Positions 21,488 to 30,876 of a DNA stretch of 64,000 nucleotides are shown here, piece after piece. Each line of letters starts with the position of its first letter. Within the stretch, counting starts at the first letter, position 1. A program made the position numbers and the translations under genes. Source of the stretch: an uncultured Lactobacillales bacterium (lineage in GTDB: Bacteria > Pseudomonadota > Alphaproteobacteria > CAAHEQ01 > UBA3637); NCBI GenBank assembly GCA_964414185.1, contig CAYPVK010000003.1, positions 37,085 through 101,084 of the forward strand, read 5' to 3'. The notes under the pieces were generated by a model. The model was given only the letters and a program-made list of their open reading frames with translations. It had not been told where the DNA came from and made no database searches.

Positions 21488-22539
21488 TGTTTCATATGAG
21501 GCAACATTTTGTACCGATAATGGCGGTGTGCCTGTTAGCGGCGGGATGTACGGATAACGGTTTTTTATTTCGGTCGTTCGGCGGTTATTCATCCGATTTG
21601 AAGGCAACTTATAAAATCGGCGAATCTTATCAGATTAAGGGCAAATGGTATACGCCCGCCGAAGATTATTCTTATCATGAAAAAGGGGTTGCTTCTTGGT
21701 ATCAAGAAGAAAACGGCAAATTAACGGCTAATGGCGAAAAGTATGATGAAAATGTTATGTCGGCTTCTCATAAAACATTGCCGTTGCCGTCTATTGTTCG
21801 CGTAACAAACTTGGAAAACGGCAATGTTGCTATCGTTCGCGTGAATGACCGCGGCCCTTTTGTCAATAACCGTTTGATTGATGTTTCACAAAAAGCGGCA
21901 GAACAATTGGAATTTAATATGACGGGAACCACTTTGGTCAAAGTTGAAATTTTACCGGATGAAAGCAAACGATTAAAGGGTGAAATTTTAAAACGGAACG
22001 GCGGTCAGATGGAAGAAGAAAACATAAGCGGCGCATCTGTTTTGGCGGCTGACGTAACCGTTGAAGATTTATCAAACCAACCGATTTATCAACCGGATGA
22101 AACGGTAACGGAAGTTTATAAACCTTCCGATAACGATGAAGAATTTGAAGATTCTTATTTCGGAATTCCGAAATCAATTCATCAACCGCCCGAAACGGTT
22201 GTGGAACAAATGCCTTTAAAAGAAGAAAAAATGGTTAAAATGACCGAAGTTTCGACAAATGTCGATGATGACGATGTATCTGAAATTATGCCGTTAAAAC
22301 GACCGGTCTCGGGACATTATATCCAAGTCGGTGCCTTTTCAAATCCGGACAATGCAAATCGAGTAAAAGATGAACTTACTGAAATAAGTGATTCACAAAT
22401 ATACATAATTGAAAAGAATGGGTCAAAATTGCACCGTGTCAGAATCGGGCCGTTTGAATCTCGGGAAGAAGCGGTCGGATTGCTTGACAAATTATCCGAG
22501 AAAGGATATGGTGATTCCACAATCATTTTCGAACCATAG
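21487..22539 (+). CDS. rlpA: Septal ring lytic transglycosylase RlpA with a SPOR domain
   Basis: Lipobox, DPBB domain (SWYQEENGKLTANGEKYD...VRVNDRGPF) and a C-terminal SPOR domain. Confidence 0.8.
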   Translation: MFHMRQHFVPIMAVCLLAAGCTDNGFLFRSFGGYSSDLKATYKIGESYQIKGKWYTPAEDYSYHEKGVASWYQEENGKLTANGEKYDENVMSASHKTLPLPSIVRVTNLENGNVAIVRVNDRGPFVNNRLIDVSQKAAEQLEFNMTGTTLVKVEILPDESKRLKGEILKRNGGQMEEENISGASVLAADVTVEDLSNQPIYQPDETVTEVYKPSDNDEEFEDSYFGIPKSIHQPPETVVEQMPLKEEKMVKMTEVSTNVDDDDVSEIMPLKRPVSGHYIQVGAFSNPDNANRVKDELTEISDSQIYIIEKNGSKLHRVRIGPFESREEAVGLLDKLSEKGYGDSTIIFEP

Positions 22540-22550
22540 AAAGGATTATC

Positions 22551-23684
22551 ATGCGTTATTTATTTACATTAACCGTTTGTTTATTTATCGGTACAAATTG
22601 TGCCGCTGCCTTTGACACGAAAGCGAAATATGCTTTATTGATTGATGCCGATACGGGATACATCATGTATGATAAAAAATCAGATGTGGCCATGCCGCCC
22701 GCTTCGATGAGTAAGCTGATGACGGCGTATGTGATTTTTGATGCTTTAAAAAACGGGAAAATAACTGAAGACGATGAATTCGTCGTATCTGAAAACGCTT
22801 GGCGCAAAGGCGGTGCAAAAAGCGGCAGTTCTACGATGTTTTTAAATCCCAATCAAAAGGTTAAAGTGCGCGATTTGTTGCATGGTATTATCGTTCAATC
22901 GGGTAATGACGCCTGTATCGTGGCAGCCGAAGGATTGGCGGGCAGCGAAGAAGCCTTTGCCGATCGAATGAATCATAAGGCAAAAGAATTGGGTCTAAAA
23001 GATTCGACATTTTATAACGCAACGGGATTGCCGCAACCCGGCCATGTTATGAGCGCGCGGGATTTATCGATTTTGGCACGTGCGTTAATGCGCGATTTCC
23101 CCGAATATTATTCAATTTATTCGGAAAAAGAATTTGAGTACAATGGCATTAAGCAAGGAAACCGCAATCCGTTGTTGTATACGATGGACGGGGCGGACGG
23201 TTTGAAAACGGGTCATACAGAAGCCTCCGGTTACGGTTTGACCGGTTCCGTAAAAACGCGCGACGGACGGCGTTTGATTATGGTTGTCAACGGGTTAAAG
23301 TCCATGAATGACAGAAGTTCGGAATCTCAAAAATTAGTCGGTTATGGATTGGCTAATTTCGAAAACCTTTTGCTGTATAAAAAAGGTGCCGTTTTGGAAA
23401 CCGTTTCCGTTTGGTATGGTCAAAGTGAAACGGTTGAAGCCATTGTACCCGAAGATATGTTGATAACATTGCCGCGCGGGCAAAAAAATAAGATTGAAGC
23501 CAAAATCGTTTATGATACGCCGGTGGCAGCTCCGATTCAAAAGGGACAAAAGTTGGGGCGTTTAATTGTTCAGATGCCTGATGGAGGCCGAGAAGAAATT
23601 GATATGGTAGCCGCCAATGCGGTGGATAAAATCGGCTATTTCGGGAAATTGAAAAAATTTGTTTTGTCATGGATTGGAAAATAA
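22551..23684 (+). CDS. dacC: D-alanyl-D-alanine carboxypeptidase (PBP5/6 family)
   Basis: SxxK (SMSKLMT), SGN and KTG motifs, with signal peptide. Confidence 0.85.
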   Translation: MRYLFTLTVCLFIGTNCAAAFDTKAKYALLIDADTGYIMYDKKSDVAMPPASMSKLMTAYVIFDALKNGKITEDDEFVVSENAWRKGGAKSGSSTMFLNPNQKVKVRDLLHGIIVQSGNDACIVAAEGLAGSEEAFADRMNHKAKELGLKDSTFYNATGLPQPGHVMSARDLSILARALMRDFPEYYSIYSEKEFEYNGIKQGNRNPLLYTMDGADGLKTGHTEASGYGLTGSVKTRDGRRLIMVVNGLKSMNDRSSESQKLVGYGLANFENLLLYKKGAVLETVSVWYGQSETVEAIVPEDMLITLPRGQKNKIEAKIVYDTPVAAPIQKGQKLGRLIVQMPDGGREEIDMVAANAVDKIGYFGKLKKFVLSWIGK

Positions 23685-24323
23685 ATGCAAAAGGGATTGT
23701 TTATAACTTTTGAAGGCGGCGAAGGTACCGGCAAATCGACTCAAATCAAATTGTTCGCCGAATATTTGGCACGAGAAGGTATCCCTTACTCTTTAACACG
23801 TGAACCCGGTGGCAGCGATGGTGCTGAAGAAATACGATCATTATTATTAAAAGGGACTGTTGACAAATGGGATAAGATGACGGAAATGTTGTTGTTTACG
23901 GCAGCAAGGCGCGACCATTTGGTTAAAAAAATATGGCCCGAGATAAATAGGGGTATCACGGTGGTATCCGACAGGTTCGCCGACAGCACGAAAGCTTATC
24001 AAGGGTGTGGTTACGGCAGTGATGAAAAAACAATGCAAACGGTTGAAAATTTATATCATATGATTGCGGGAGATTTTAAACCCGATTTGACGTTTATTTT
24101 GGACATTGATCCTAAAATCGGCGTTATGCGCTCTCAAAAACGCGCGGGCAATAATGAACAACGTTTTGAAGATATGGATTTAAGTTTTCATGAAAATTTG
24201 CGGGCAGGTTTTTTACAAATTGCGAAAAGTGATCCGCAACGTTGTGTAGTTGTCAATGCTGACCAAACAATTGAAAATGTTCATCGAGACATTGTGAAAG
24301 GTTTTGTTGAAAGAGTCAAATGA
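23685..24323 (+). CDS. tmk: Thymidylate kinase
   Basis: P-loop FEGGEGTGKST, DRF motif and lid region. Confidence 0.9.
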   Translation: MQKGLFITFEGGEGTGKSTQIKLFAEYLAREGIPYSLTREPGGSDGAEEIRSLLLKGTVDKWDKMTEMLLFTAARRDHLVKKIWPEINRGITVVSDRFADSTKAYQGCGYGSDEKTMQTVENLYHMIAGDFKPDLTFILDIDPKIGVMRSQKRAGNNEQRFEDMDLSFHENLRAGFLQIAKSDPQRCVVVNADQTIENVHRDIVKGFVERVK

Positions 24324-25276
24324 TTGAACCGGCCGAACAAATAAAAACAGCTTTAAAAAACGGCAAATTGACCGGTTCTTGGTTAATTTGCGGTCCATAT
24401 GGCGTTGGTAAAAAAGATTTTGTCAGGCGGTTATGCGCATATTTGACAACCGGCGATTGGAAAGCCGATTTATTATTTCATCCCGATGTTAAATGGATTG
24501 AACGATCTTTGACGGAAGAAGAAAAAAAAGAAACGGTTAAATCTATCTTGGCGGGAAAGGCGGTCGAAGATAATGTCCAAAGGGCGCGTAAAAAAGAAAT
24601 TACCGTCGATGATATTCGTGAAGGGTTAAAATTTTTATCATTAAAGTCTTCCGGAACGCATTTGCGTATATTGGTCATTAATTTGGCCGATGACATGAAT
24701 GAAAATGCGGCAAATGCCTTATTAAAAATGCTGGAAGAACCGAATGATAATACTTTGATTTTGTTAATATGTCAAAATATGGGCAAACTGTTGCCGACGA
24801 TTCGTTCCAGGTGTCGGAAAATTATGATGCGCGCAAAATCCGAAAGCGAATTGATATCGGAAATAAAAGAACAAATGCCTTATTGCAAAGACCCCGAATT
24901 ATTGGCATCTTTATCGGAAGGTTCTATCGGCCTTGCCAAAGATATTTACGCGAATAAAGGGATTGAATTATATCAAAAAATGTTGTCTTTTATGGTGCCA
25001 TGGAATCAGTTGGATATCGAAAAATTGGGGATATTTGCCGATTCTTTTGCAAAAGACGAAACGGCGTATAATTTGTTGCGCGTTTTTATGTCATCTTGGA
25101 TTAGTGCGCGGGCAAAAAAAGAATGCAGTATGTATAATTTGGCCGCCGAAGGATGGGTTGATTTATTTGATGAAATTAATCGTTCTTTCAATGAAGTCAA
25201 TTATCTTTATACGGATAAAAAACAAACGATTATGAATGCTTTTTTTAAGATTTCACAAAGGTTGCAAAATGATTGA
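24320..25276 (+). CDS. holB: DNA polymerase III delta' subunit
   Basis: AAA+-like fold with a degenerate P-loop. It sits in the tmk-holB-tatD synteny. Confidence 0.8.
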   Translation: MIEPAEQIKTALKNGKLTGSWLICGPYGVGKKDFVRRLCAYLTTGDWKADLLFHPDVKWIERSLTEEEKKETVKSILAGKAVEDNVQRARKKEITVDDIREGLKFLSLKSSGTHLRILVINLADDMNENAANALLKMLEEPNDNTLILLICQNMGKLLPTIRSRCRKIMMRAKSESELISEIKEQMPYCKDPELLASLSEGSIGLAKDIYANKGIELYQKMLSFMVPWNQLDIEKLGIFADSFAKDETAYNLLRVFMSSWISARAKKECSMYNLAAEGWVDLFDEINRSFNEVNYLYTDKKQTIMNAFFKISQRLQND

Positions 25277-26027
25277 CAGTCATTGCCATATCGGTTTTGA
25301 AGAGTTAAAAGAAAATTTGCCCGAACTTGTTAGGCGTGCGAAAGAGCAGGGTGTTGATAAGATTTTGACAGTTGCGTGCACGCATGGGCAACTTTCTGAT
25401 TTAAAAGAAATTTTAGATAAATATGATAATGTTTACGGCGCTTTTGGCATTCATCCCAATGAATCAAATATTTTAATTGACGCGGATGAATTGGCGCAAA
25501 TTATTTCTTCACATCCGAAAATTATCGGTATCGGGGAAACGGGTTTGGATTATCATTATGATTATGCGCCGATTGAAATGCAAAAGAAAAATTTTTCGAC
25601 ACATATTCAAGCTGCCCGAATGCTTAATAAACCGCTGATTATCCATACACGTTCTGCTGATGCCGATACGATTGAAATTTTGAAAAATTCGGGGCAAAAG
25701 GGGTTTAGAGGTGTTTTGCATTGTTTTACGGGCTCCCAAAAATTGGCCGAAACGGCATTGGAACTTGGATTTTATATTTCCGCTTCGGGCGTTATAACTT
25801 TTAAAAAATCAGAGGAATTAAGAGAAATTTTTAAAATTATTCCGCTTAATCGTTTATTGGTTGAAACGGATGCGCCGTATTTGGCACCCGTGCCGTTTCG
25901 CGGCCGACAAAATGAACCGTCTTTTTTGCCGCACACATTGCGTGTTTTGGCCGATATTAAGGGAATCAAGCCCGAAAAGATGGAAGAAATTACCACACAA
26001 AATTTTAAAAATTTATTCGGAGTATAA
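25269..26027 (+). CDS. tatD: TatD-family metal-dependent DNase
   Basis: Histidine-rich metal site HCHIG...GETGLDYHY. The start was set to the internal ATG at 25269. Confidence 0.85.
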   Translation: MIDSHCHIGFEELKENLPELVRRAKEQGVDKILTVACTHGQLSDLKEILDKYDNVYGAFGIHPNESNILIDADELAQIISSHPKIIGIGETGLDYHYDYAPIEMQKKNFSTHIQAARMLNKPLIIHTRSADADTIEILKNSGQKGFRGVLHCFTGSQKLAETALELGFYISASGVITFKKSEELREIFKIIPLNRLLVETDAPYLAPVPFRGRQNEPSFLPHTLRVLADIKGIKPEKMEEITTQNFKNLFGV

Positions 26028-27104
26028 ATGAAACGTTTTTTGTTTTTTTCTTGTATAATTTTTGTTTTTGTATGCTTTTATTTTGCGGGCGGTATTATTT
26101 ACCAATATATGTATGACAGGTTGATGCCGCGCAAAGCATGCCTGCACATTTGGCCGAATGATAAAAATAATCGTATATTTAAAACTGATGTATTTTTTAA
26201 TCGTTTGAAAGAAGAATTTTTAAAACGCGGATATGATTTGTCGACTCAAGATATAAATCCGATATACGAAAGCGATATAGTCCTGTATGTCAATGCTTGG
26301 GCACCTTTGCCGCCCGAAAACCATAAAGACAAATCGTATGTGTGGTTTTTGGAAACGCCGCCGGTGATACATTCGTTATACAAAAAGGAAAAACACCATT
26401 TATTTAAGAAAATTTTCACTTATGATAAAGATTTGGTTGATAACGAAAAGTATCATTATATGCAGCTGACTTACTCTTTCGATCCTTGGGAAGACGTGGA
26501 TTTGAAACAAAAAACGGTTTTGGCGATGCAAGTTGCGAGAAATCATTATTATTCCAATCGTTTTTTATATCATGAACGGCGTAACTTGGTTAAATGGTTT
26601 GTTGAAAACCATCCGGAAGATTTTGAATTTTACGGAGAATATTGGGGCCCATACAAAAGCAAGATTAATCCCGAATCTCGAGCAGATTTTGACAGATGCA
26701 ACAAAGGTTATACCCCAAATAAAAAAGATACGGTAAAAAAAGCTCGGTTTGTTTTTGCTTATGAAAATTGTTTGTCTGACAATTATGTTTCCGAAAAAAT
26801 ATGGGATGTCATGAATGCCGGTTCCGTTCCGATTTATTTAGGAGCCGACAGCATTGAAACATATGTGCCGAAAGAATGCTTTATTAATAAAAAAGATTTT
26901 GACACTTATAAAAAATTATACGATTATATAAAAAATATGTCGGATGAAAGATATTTGCAATATATTGATTGCATTAAAAATTTCATTACGCATCCAAAGA
27001 AAAAAAATGAAATAACGGATATAAATTATATGGTTGATAATATGGTTAATGTTATTTTTGAAAATGAAAGTTTTGCGGATAAAGTTATAAATTATTTCAG
27101 ATAA
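26028..27104 (+). CDS. GT10-family (alpha-1,3-fucosyltransferase-like) glycosyltransferase
   Basis: The C-terminal motif FVFAYENCLSDNYVSEKIWDVMNAGSVPIYLG matches the FucT signature FxxxFENSxxxxYxTEKxxxAxxxxxVPVxxG. An N-terminal TM anchor is present. Confidence 0.6.
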   Translation: MKRFLFFSCIIFVFVCFYFAGGIIYQYMYDRLMPRKACLHIWPNDKNNRIFKTDVFFNRLKEEFLKRGYDLSTQDINPIYESDIVLYVNAWAPLPPENHKDKSYVWFLETPPVIHSLYKKEKHHLFKKIFTYDKDLVDNEKYHYMQLTYSFDPWEDVDLKQKTVLAMQVARNHYYSNRFLYHERRNLVKWFVENHPEDFEFYGEYWGPYKSKINPESRADFDRCNKGYTPNKKDTVKKARFVFAYENCLSDNYVSEKIWDVMNAGSVPIYLGADSIETYVPKECFINKKDFDTYKKLYDYIKNMSDERYLQYIDCIKNFITHPKKKNEITDINYMVDNMVNVIFENESFADKVINYFR

Positions 27105-27111
27105 GGGAAAA

Positions 27112-27858
27112 ATGTTGAAAGTAACTATTTTAGGGGCCGGTGCGTCATATGGAGTTCCCAGCATTTCAAAAGGGTATGGAGATTGTGATCCGGCGACACC
27201 TGAAAATAATCGAACACGATGCGGCTTGTTGGTGCAAACGGAACAAACAACGGTGTTGTTTGACACAGGTCCCGAAATCCGTTTGCAATTAATCAAGGCA
27301 GGGATAAAAAAAGTAGATGCTGTTGTGTATACGCATTCTCATCAAGACCATATGGCCGGAGCAGGTGATTTGGTATCTTTGTTGAAAGATAAGTCGTTAC
27401 CGGTTTACATCAGCAAGTATCACCAAGATAAATTTAAAGGGCTTGTCCCGTATCTGTTAAATTCGAACGGTTTGGAAATTCAAACAATTGAAGAATATAA
27501 GCCCTTTAAAATCAAAGAGTTGGAAATCATTCCTATATTACAATATCATGGAAAGGATTTTTCAATGGGTTTTAAAATAGGCAAATTCGCTTATTCAACG
27601 GATGTGTTGAAAATGGAACAAAAAGGGTTTAATTTATTGCGCGGTATTCAAACTTGGGTTTTGGGCGTTACCACACCGACAGTGAATTTTAAGCACGTTT
27701 GTTTGCCCGATGCGTTAAAATGGATTGAATATATCCGTCCTGACCGCGTTTATTTGACGCATATGGGGTCTCATATGGATTATAACACGCTTAAAAACGA
27801 ATTGCCCGAATTTATTCGTCCCGGATATGATGGGTTCAGCTTTAATTGTGAGGTTTAA
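27112..27858 (+). CDS. MBL-fold metallo-hydrolase
   Basis: HSHQDH motif. Confidence 0.75.
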   Translation: MLKVTILGAGASYGVPSISKGYGDCDPATPENNRTRCGLLVQTEQTTVLFDTGPEIRLQLIKAGIKKVDAVVYTHSHQDHMAGAGDLVSLLKDKSLPVYISKYHQDKFKGLVPYLLNSNGLEIQTIEEYKPFKIKELEIIPILQYHGKDFSMGFKIGKFAYSTDVLKMEQKGFNLLRGIQTWVLGVTTPTVNFKHVCLPDALKWIEYIRPDRVYLTHMGSHMDYNTLKNELPEFIRPGYDGFSFNCEV

Positions 27859-28572
27859 GTGATTGATATTTATATGGTATTTGGACCGCCTGCTTCGGGG
27901 AAAAGTTCATTAATCAGCCATTTTGACGGGGAAAAAACAATTTCAACCGGCAATATTTTGCGCGCTATGGGATTGGCACAAAAAGATGGGACTTTGGTTG
28001 ATGACAGGATTGTCAATAAAATATTGATTGAAAATTTATACAACCGTTTAGATGCCGATTTTATTGTTTTGGACGGGTATCCGCGGCGTGAAGAGCAAGC
28101 TAAGTTTTTAAAATATCTTGAAAAAACAGGTGTTGTCAAACTTAAAATGTTCTTAGAACTTTCTTGTTCGGATGAAAATGTTATTGACCGATCATGTAAC
28201 AGGCTTGTATGTGATTGCGGCGCTTCATATCATCCGACATTAAAACCTGCCAAAATTGAAAATGAATGTGATAAGTGTCATGGGAAATTGCAAAAAAGGG
28301 AAGATGATACTCCGGAAACCATTAAACAAAGATTAAATATTTATCGTTCTCAATGCGATTCAATCAGGCCGTATTTCGAAAATATAAGGTATTCGGTTGA
28401 TGTAAATGAAAATCCTATGGAAAGTTTAAAAGAAGCAATGGCAATTATCAGGCGCAATATCCATGAAACAGGAAAAGATTTAATTATGCCGTTCAAAAAG
28501 CGTGTCTGTTGTCATAATGCACGAATACAAAATTTGAATATATCAACTATGGAATCGAATTCGCGCACGTAA
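27859..28572 (+). CDS. Adenylate kinase-family protein with a Zn-finger lid
   Basis: P-loop GPPASGKSS, GYPRREEQA and a CxxC...CxxC lid. Atypical for a canonical adk. Confidence 0.55.
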   Translation: MIDIYMVFGPPASGKSSLISHFDGEKTISTGNILRAMGLAQKDGTLVDDRIVNKILIENLYNRLDADFIVLDGYPRREEQAKFLKYLEKTGVVKLKMFLELSCSDENVIDRSCNRLVCDCGASYHPTLKPAKIENECDKCHGKLQKREDDTPETIKQRLNIYRSQCDSIRPYFENIRYSVDVNENPMESLKEAMAIIRRNIHETGKDLIMPFKKRVCCHNARIQNLNISTMESNSRT

Positions 28573-28657
28573 AATTTCCGAAAGTTTTACTTTAAAGAAT
28601 ATTGTAACTTGTTGAAAAGATATTGTAATTATTGCCGCCCTTCTTTTAAACATATAT

Positions 28658-28674
28658 TAGTATTCATAATATAA
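28658..28674 (+). repeat. Left 17-bp direct repeat (attL candidate) of the phage-like element
   Basis: AGTATTCATAATATAAA, repeated exactly at 36816-36832. Confidence 0.45.
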
Positions 28675-28736
28675 AGTTTATCACACTGATTAGTTAATGG
28701 TGTGTTAATTGAAATACGTTAATTTTATTAAATTAT

Positions 28737-29012
28737 TTACTTTCCTGTGGTAAGATTTTTAATGTCTTTGAGGACATTTGATACATCTTTGTATTCTTTA
28801 AACCTGTCAATAAGAAGGTCCAGAACAACTTCTTTTTCGTCGCAGCCTGCAAGCTTAGCAACTTTTAAAGTTGTTTCGGGGCTTGGAGTGCTCCTTTTTT
28901 GAATAAAATTTGAAATGGAAGCTCCGCTAATTCCGACAACCTTGGCTACTTGATTGTTTGAAGATATGTTGTGTTTCAGCTTGGCCAAATTTACATAAGT
29001 TTCAAAATCCAT
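28737..29012 (-). CDS. XRE-family HTH transcriptional regulator (phage repressor-like)
   Basis: HTH QVAKVVGISGASISNFIQKRS. It is divergent from the replication gene. Confidence 0.7.
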   Translation of the reverse strand: MDFETYVNLAKLKHNISSNNQVAKVVGISGASISNFIQKRSTPSPETTLKVAKLAGCDEKEVVLDLLIDRFKEYKDVSNVLKDIKNLTTGK

Positions 29013-29161
29013 GTTTATCCATCCTTTCTGTTGTAAAGGTGTGATAAACTTTTTTATTATGTGTATAGAAAGTGAGAGGCGACATATTTACGAAAAATGC
29101 TTAACAACTTTTTTAATTATACCATAAAAATTTTTGTTGACAACTGTTTTTTTATTGGCTA

Positions 29162-29950
29162 ATGGTGTATATGTACACTGAAAGACTAACAGTAAAACGA
29201 GAAAAGCTTATGATGCCGCAGTTTACGCAAATACAATTACGAGTTTTAAAAGACAGGCGAGTTTCACCCCGTATGCGCGATGTTATGGGATTATTGCAAT
29301 CAATGATGAATGAACAGGGCGTATGTTGGCCATCGTTCAATTATATAGCCGATTCGTTGGGAATTTCGCGGCGAATGGTTATCAATATAATCAACCAATT
29401 GGTTGAATTGAATTATGTCATCAAAATGAAGCGCACAATCGAGGGGACGAACGAACAAACAAGCAATTATTATGCGATTAATAACAACTATGACGCAGGG
29501 TTGGCATTGCGCAAAAAGCGGGGTGGAAAACAGGCGCACAAGCTTGTGAATAAATCCGATTTCGGGGTGAAAAAAATTTCACCACCCCCTAGTGAAAAAA
29601 ATTTCACCCCGAATCAAGTAGATATTTTTTTAACTAAATGCGCGCATACACGTGAGCGCGCGGGCGCGCGTGTACGCGCGAACGGGACTTTGCAAGTTGG
29701 ATTTAATTGTTTTGACCAGCTTGTATGGCGAGAGGTCGGAAACGTACTTGAAGAGCAGGGATTTAGTCTTCAAGGTCTTAAAATTGAAAAGAAACAAGAC
29801 AAACATTACGTTATCCGGCCTTTCGAGATAAAAAACGAGGCGGCAAAGGACATCATAACTGCGGCGAATTTGGCTTTGCAGGAAATGAAAGGTCGAAAAA
29901 TCGGGAAAATAACTATACCGCCGGAAATATCATTGCAGGAGGCGATTTAA
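29162..29950 (+). CDS. Phage/plasmid-type replication initiator with a winged HTH (HTH_36-like)
   Basis: N-terminal motif CWPSFNYIADSLGISRRMVINIINQLVELNYV. The gene contains iteron-like repeats and a GC-rich inverted repeat. Confidence 0.6.
   Translation: MVYMYTERLTVKREKLMMPQFTQIQLRVLKDRRVSPRMRDVMGLLQSMMNEQGVCWPSFNYIADSLGISRRMVINIINQLVELNYVIKMKRTIEGTNEQTSNYYAINNNYDAGLALRKKRGGKQAHKLVNKSDFGVKKISPPPSEKNFTPNQVDIFLTKCAHTRERAGARVRANGTLQVGFNCFDQLVWREVGNVLEEQGFSLQGLKIEKKQDKHYVIRPFEIKNEAAKDIITAANLALQEMKGRKIGKITIPPEISLQEAI
29563..29611 (+). repeat. Two copies of the hairpin-forming 16-mer GTGAAAAAAATTTCAC inside the rep gene (iteron-like)
   Basis: Copies lie at 29567-29582 and 29592-29607. They are enclosed by the outer inverted repeat CGGGGTGAAA...TTTCACCCCG. 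Confidence 0.5.
29640..29680 (+). repeat. GC-rich (about 80% GC) inverted repeat inside the rep gene
   Basis: CGCGCATACACG...CGTGTACGCGCG with 1 mismatch and a 16-bp GC spacer. The composition is strongly atypical for this genome. Confidence 0.4.
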
Positions 29951-30120
29951 TGGCAAAAAGAAAGTATTATTTTACGGTTACTATGGCTCCAGCGGGTCAT
30001 TTTGTAGGCGATTTTGAAACGCTTGAAGCGGCTATGGGCTACTTGAGAAAAAACTTTAATATGAACTTAACGGGCATGGCAGAAATGTTTACCATTGTCA
30101 AAAAGGAATTCAAACAATGA
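29950..30120 (+). CDS. Small hypothetical protein (56 aa)
   Basis: TAATG overlap with the rep stop upstream and ATGA overlap with the next ORF downstream, both consistent with translational coupling. Confidence 0.4.
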   Translation: MAKRKYYFTVTMAPAGHFVGDFETLEAAMGYLRKNFNMNLTGMAEMFTIVKKEFKQ

Positions 30121-30461
30121 AAGAAGATTTTGCGCGGATGAAGTGCCCGGCGTGTGGAGCGGAAACGTTTATACGGATAAATAAAAACCGAATTTTATAT
30201 ACATATTGCCCTATGGGGCATCATTTGAAGTTGACGGCACAAGAAAGCCGCCAAGCAATCCCGGTTCTTACCACGGGCAAGCCATGGAACAATGGCATTT
30301 TATTTTTGTATCCACTAACGAAAGGAAAGCAAGACAATGGAACAAACAATGATGAACGAGTTGAAATTGGACGACGGGGAAATAGCGAATGTACCACCAA
30401 TCAACGAGATGGAAACACAAGAGCAGATGGAACAAATACCACCGATTGGTGGAACGTTTGA
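30117..30461 (+). CDS. Zn-ribbon protein
   Basis: CPACG...YCPMGH near the N-terminus. Coupled to the upstream ORF. Confidence 0.5.
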   Translation: MKEDFARMKCPACGAETFIRINKNRILYTYCPMGHHLKLTAQESRQAIPVLTTGKPWNNGILFLYPLTKGKQDNGTNNDERVEIGRRGNSECTTNQRDGNTRADGTNTTDWWNV

Positions 30462-30876
30462 GGCAGGTTTAAACGATATTATAACGCCTGATGATTTTTA
30501 TAATGGATTTAAAAGTGTTTTTGCTTTTGCGGGAGAATATACATCGACACAAAGCTTGCCAATTCAAGCACATGAAGAGCAGGGCGCGCGGCGCACGTCG
30601 GACAAACTGTATGAAATGGCTTTAAAATATCCTTTCTTGCGTTTTATGATTGATACAAAAACGTCATGGTTAGCAGACGTCAGTTTGATTAGTTTATTCG
30701 TTTATGGCAAAACAAATGCCGTGTTAGAAGAAAAAACAGGTTACGGATTGAATAAAATAATTTTTGGGAGGTTGGGCAAATGGTTACCGAAGCGAAAAGG
30801 GTCGGGATTTTTGGCGCGTCTGGGTCTGGGAAAACGACCAAAGCAAGAACAATCATCAGAAGTACAAAAAGATTAA
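30337..30876 (+). CDS. Hypothetical protein (overlapping frame)
   Basis: It covers the 318-bp gap before the ATPase gene and contains one hydrophobic segment. It overlaps neighbouring genes in another frame. Confidence 0.3.
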   Translation: MEQTMMNELKLDDGEIANVPPINEMETQEQMEQIPPIGGTFEAGLNDIITPDDFYNGFKSVFAFAGEYTSTQSLPIQAHEEQGARRTSDKLYEMALKYPFLRFMIDTKTSWLADVSLISLFVYGKTNAVLEEKTGYGLNKIIFGRLGKWLPKRKGSGFLARLGLGKRPKQEQSSEVQKD

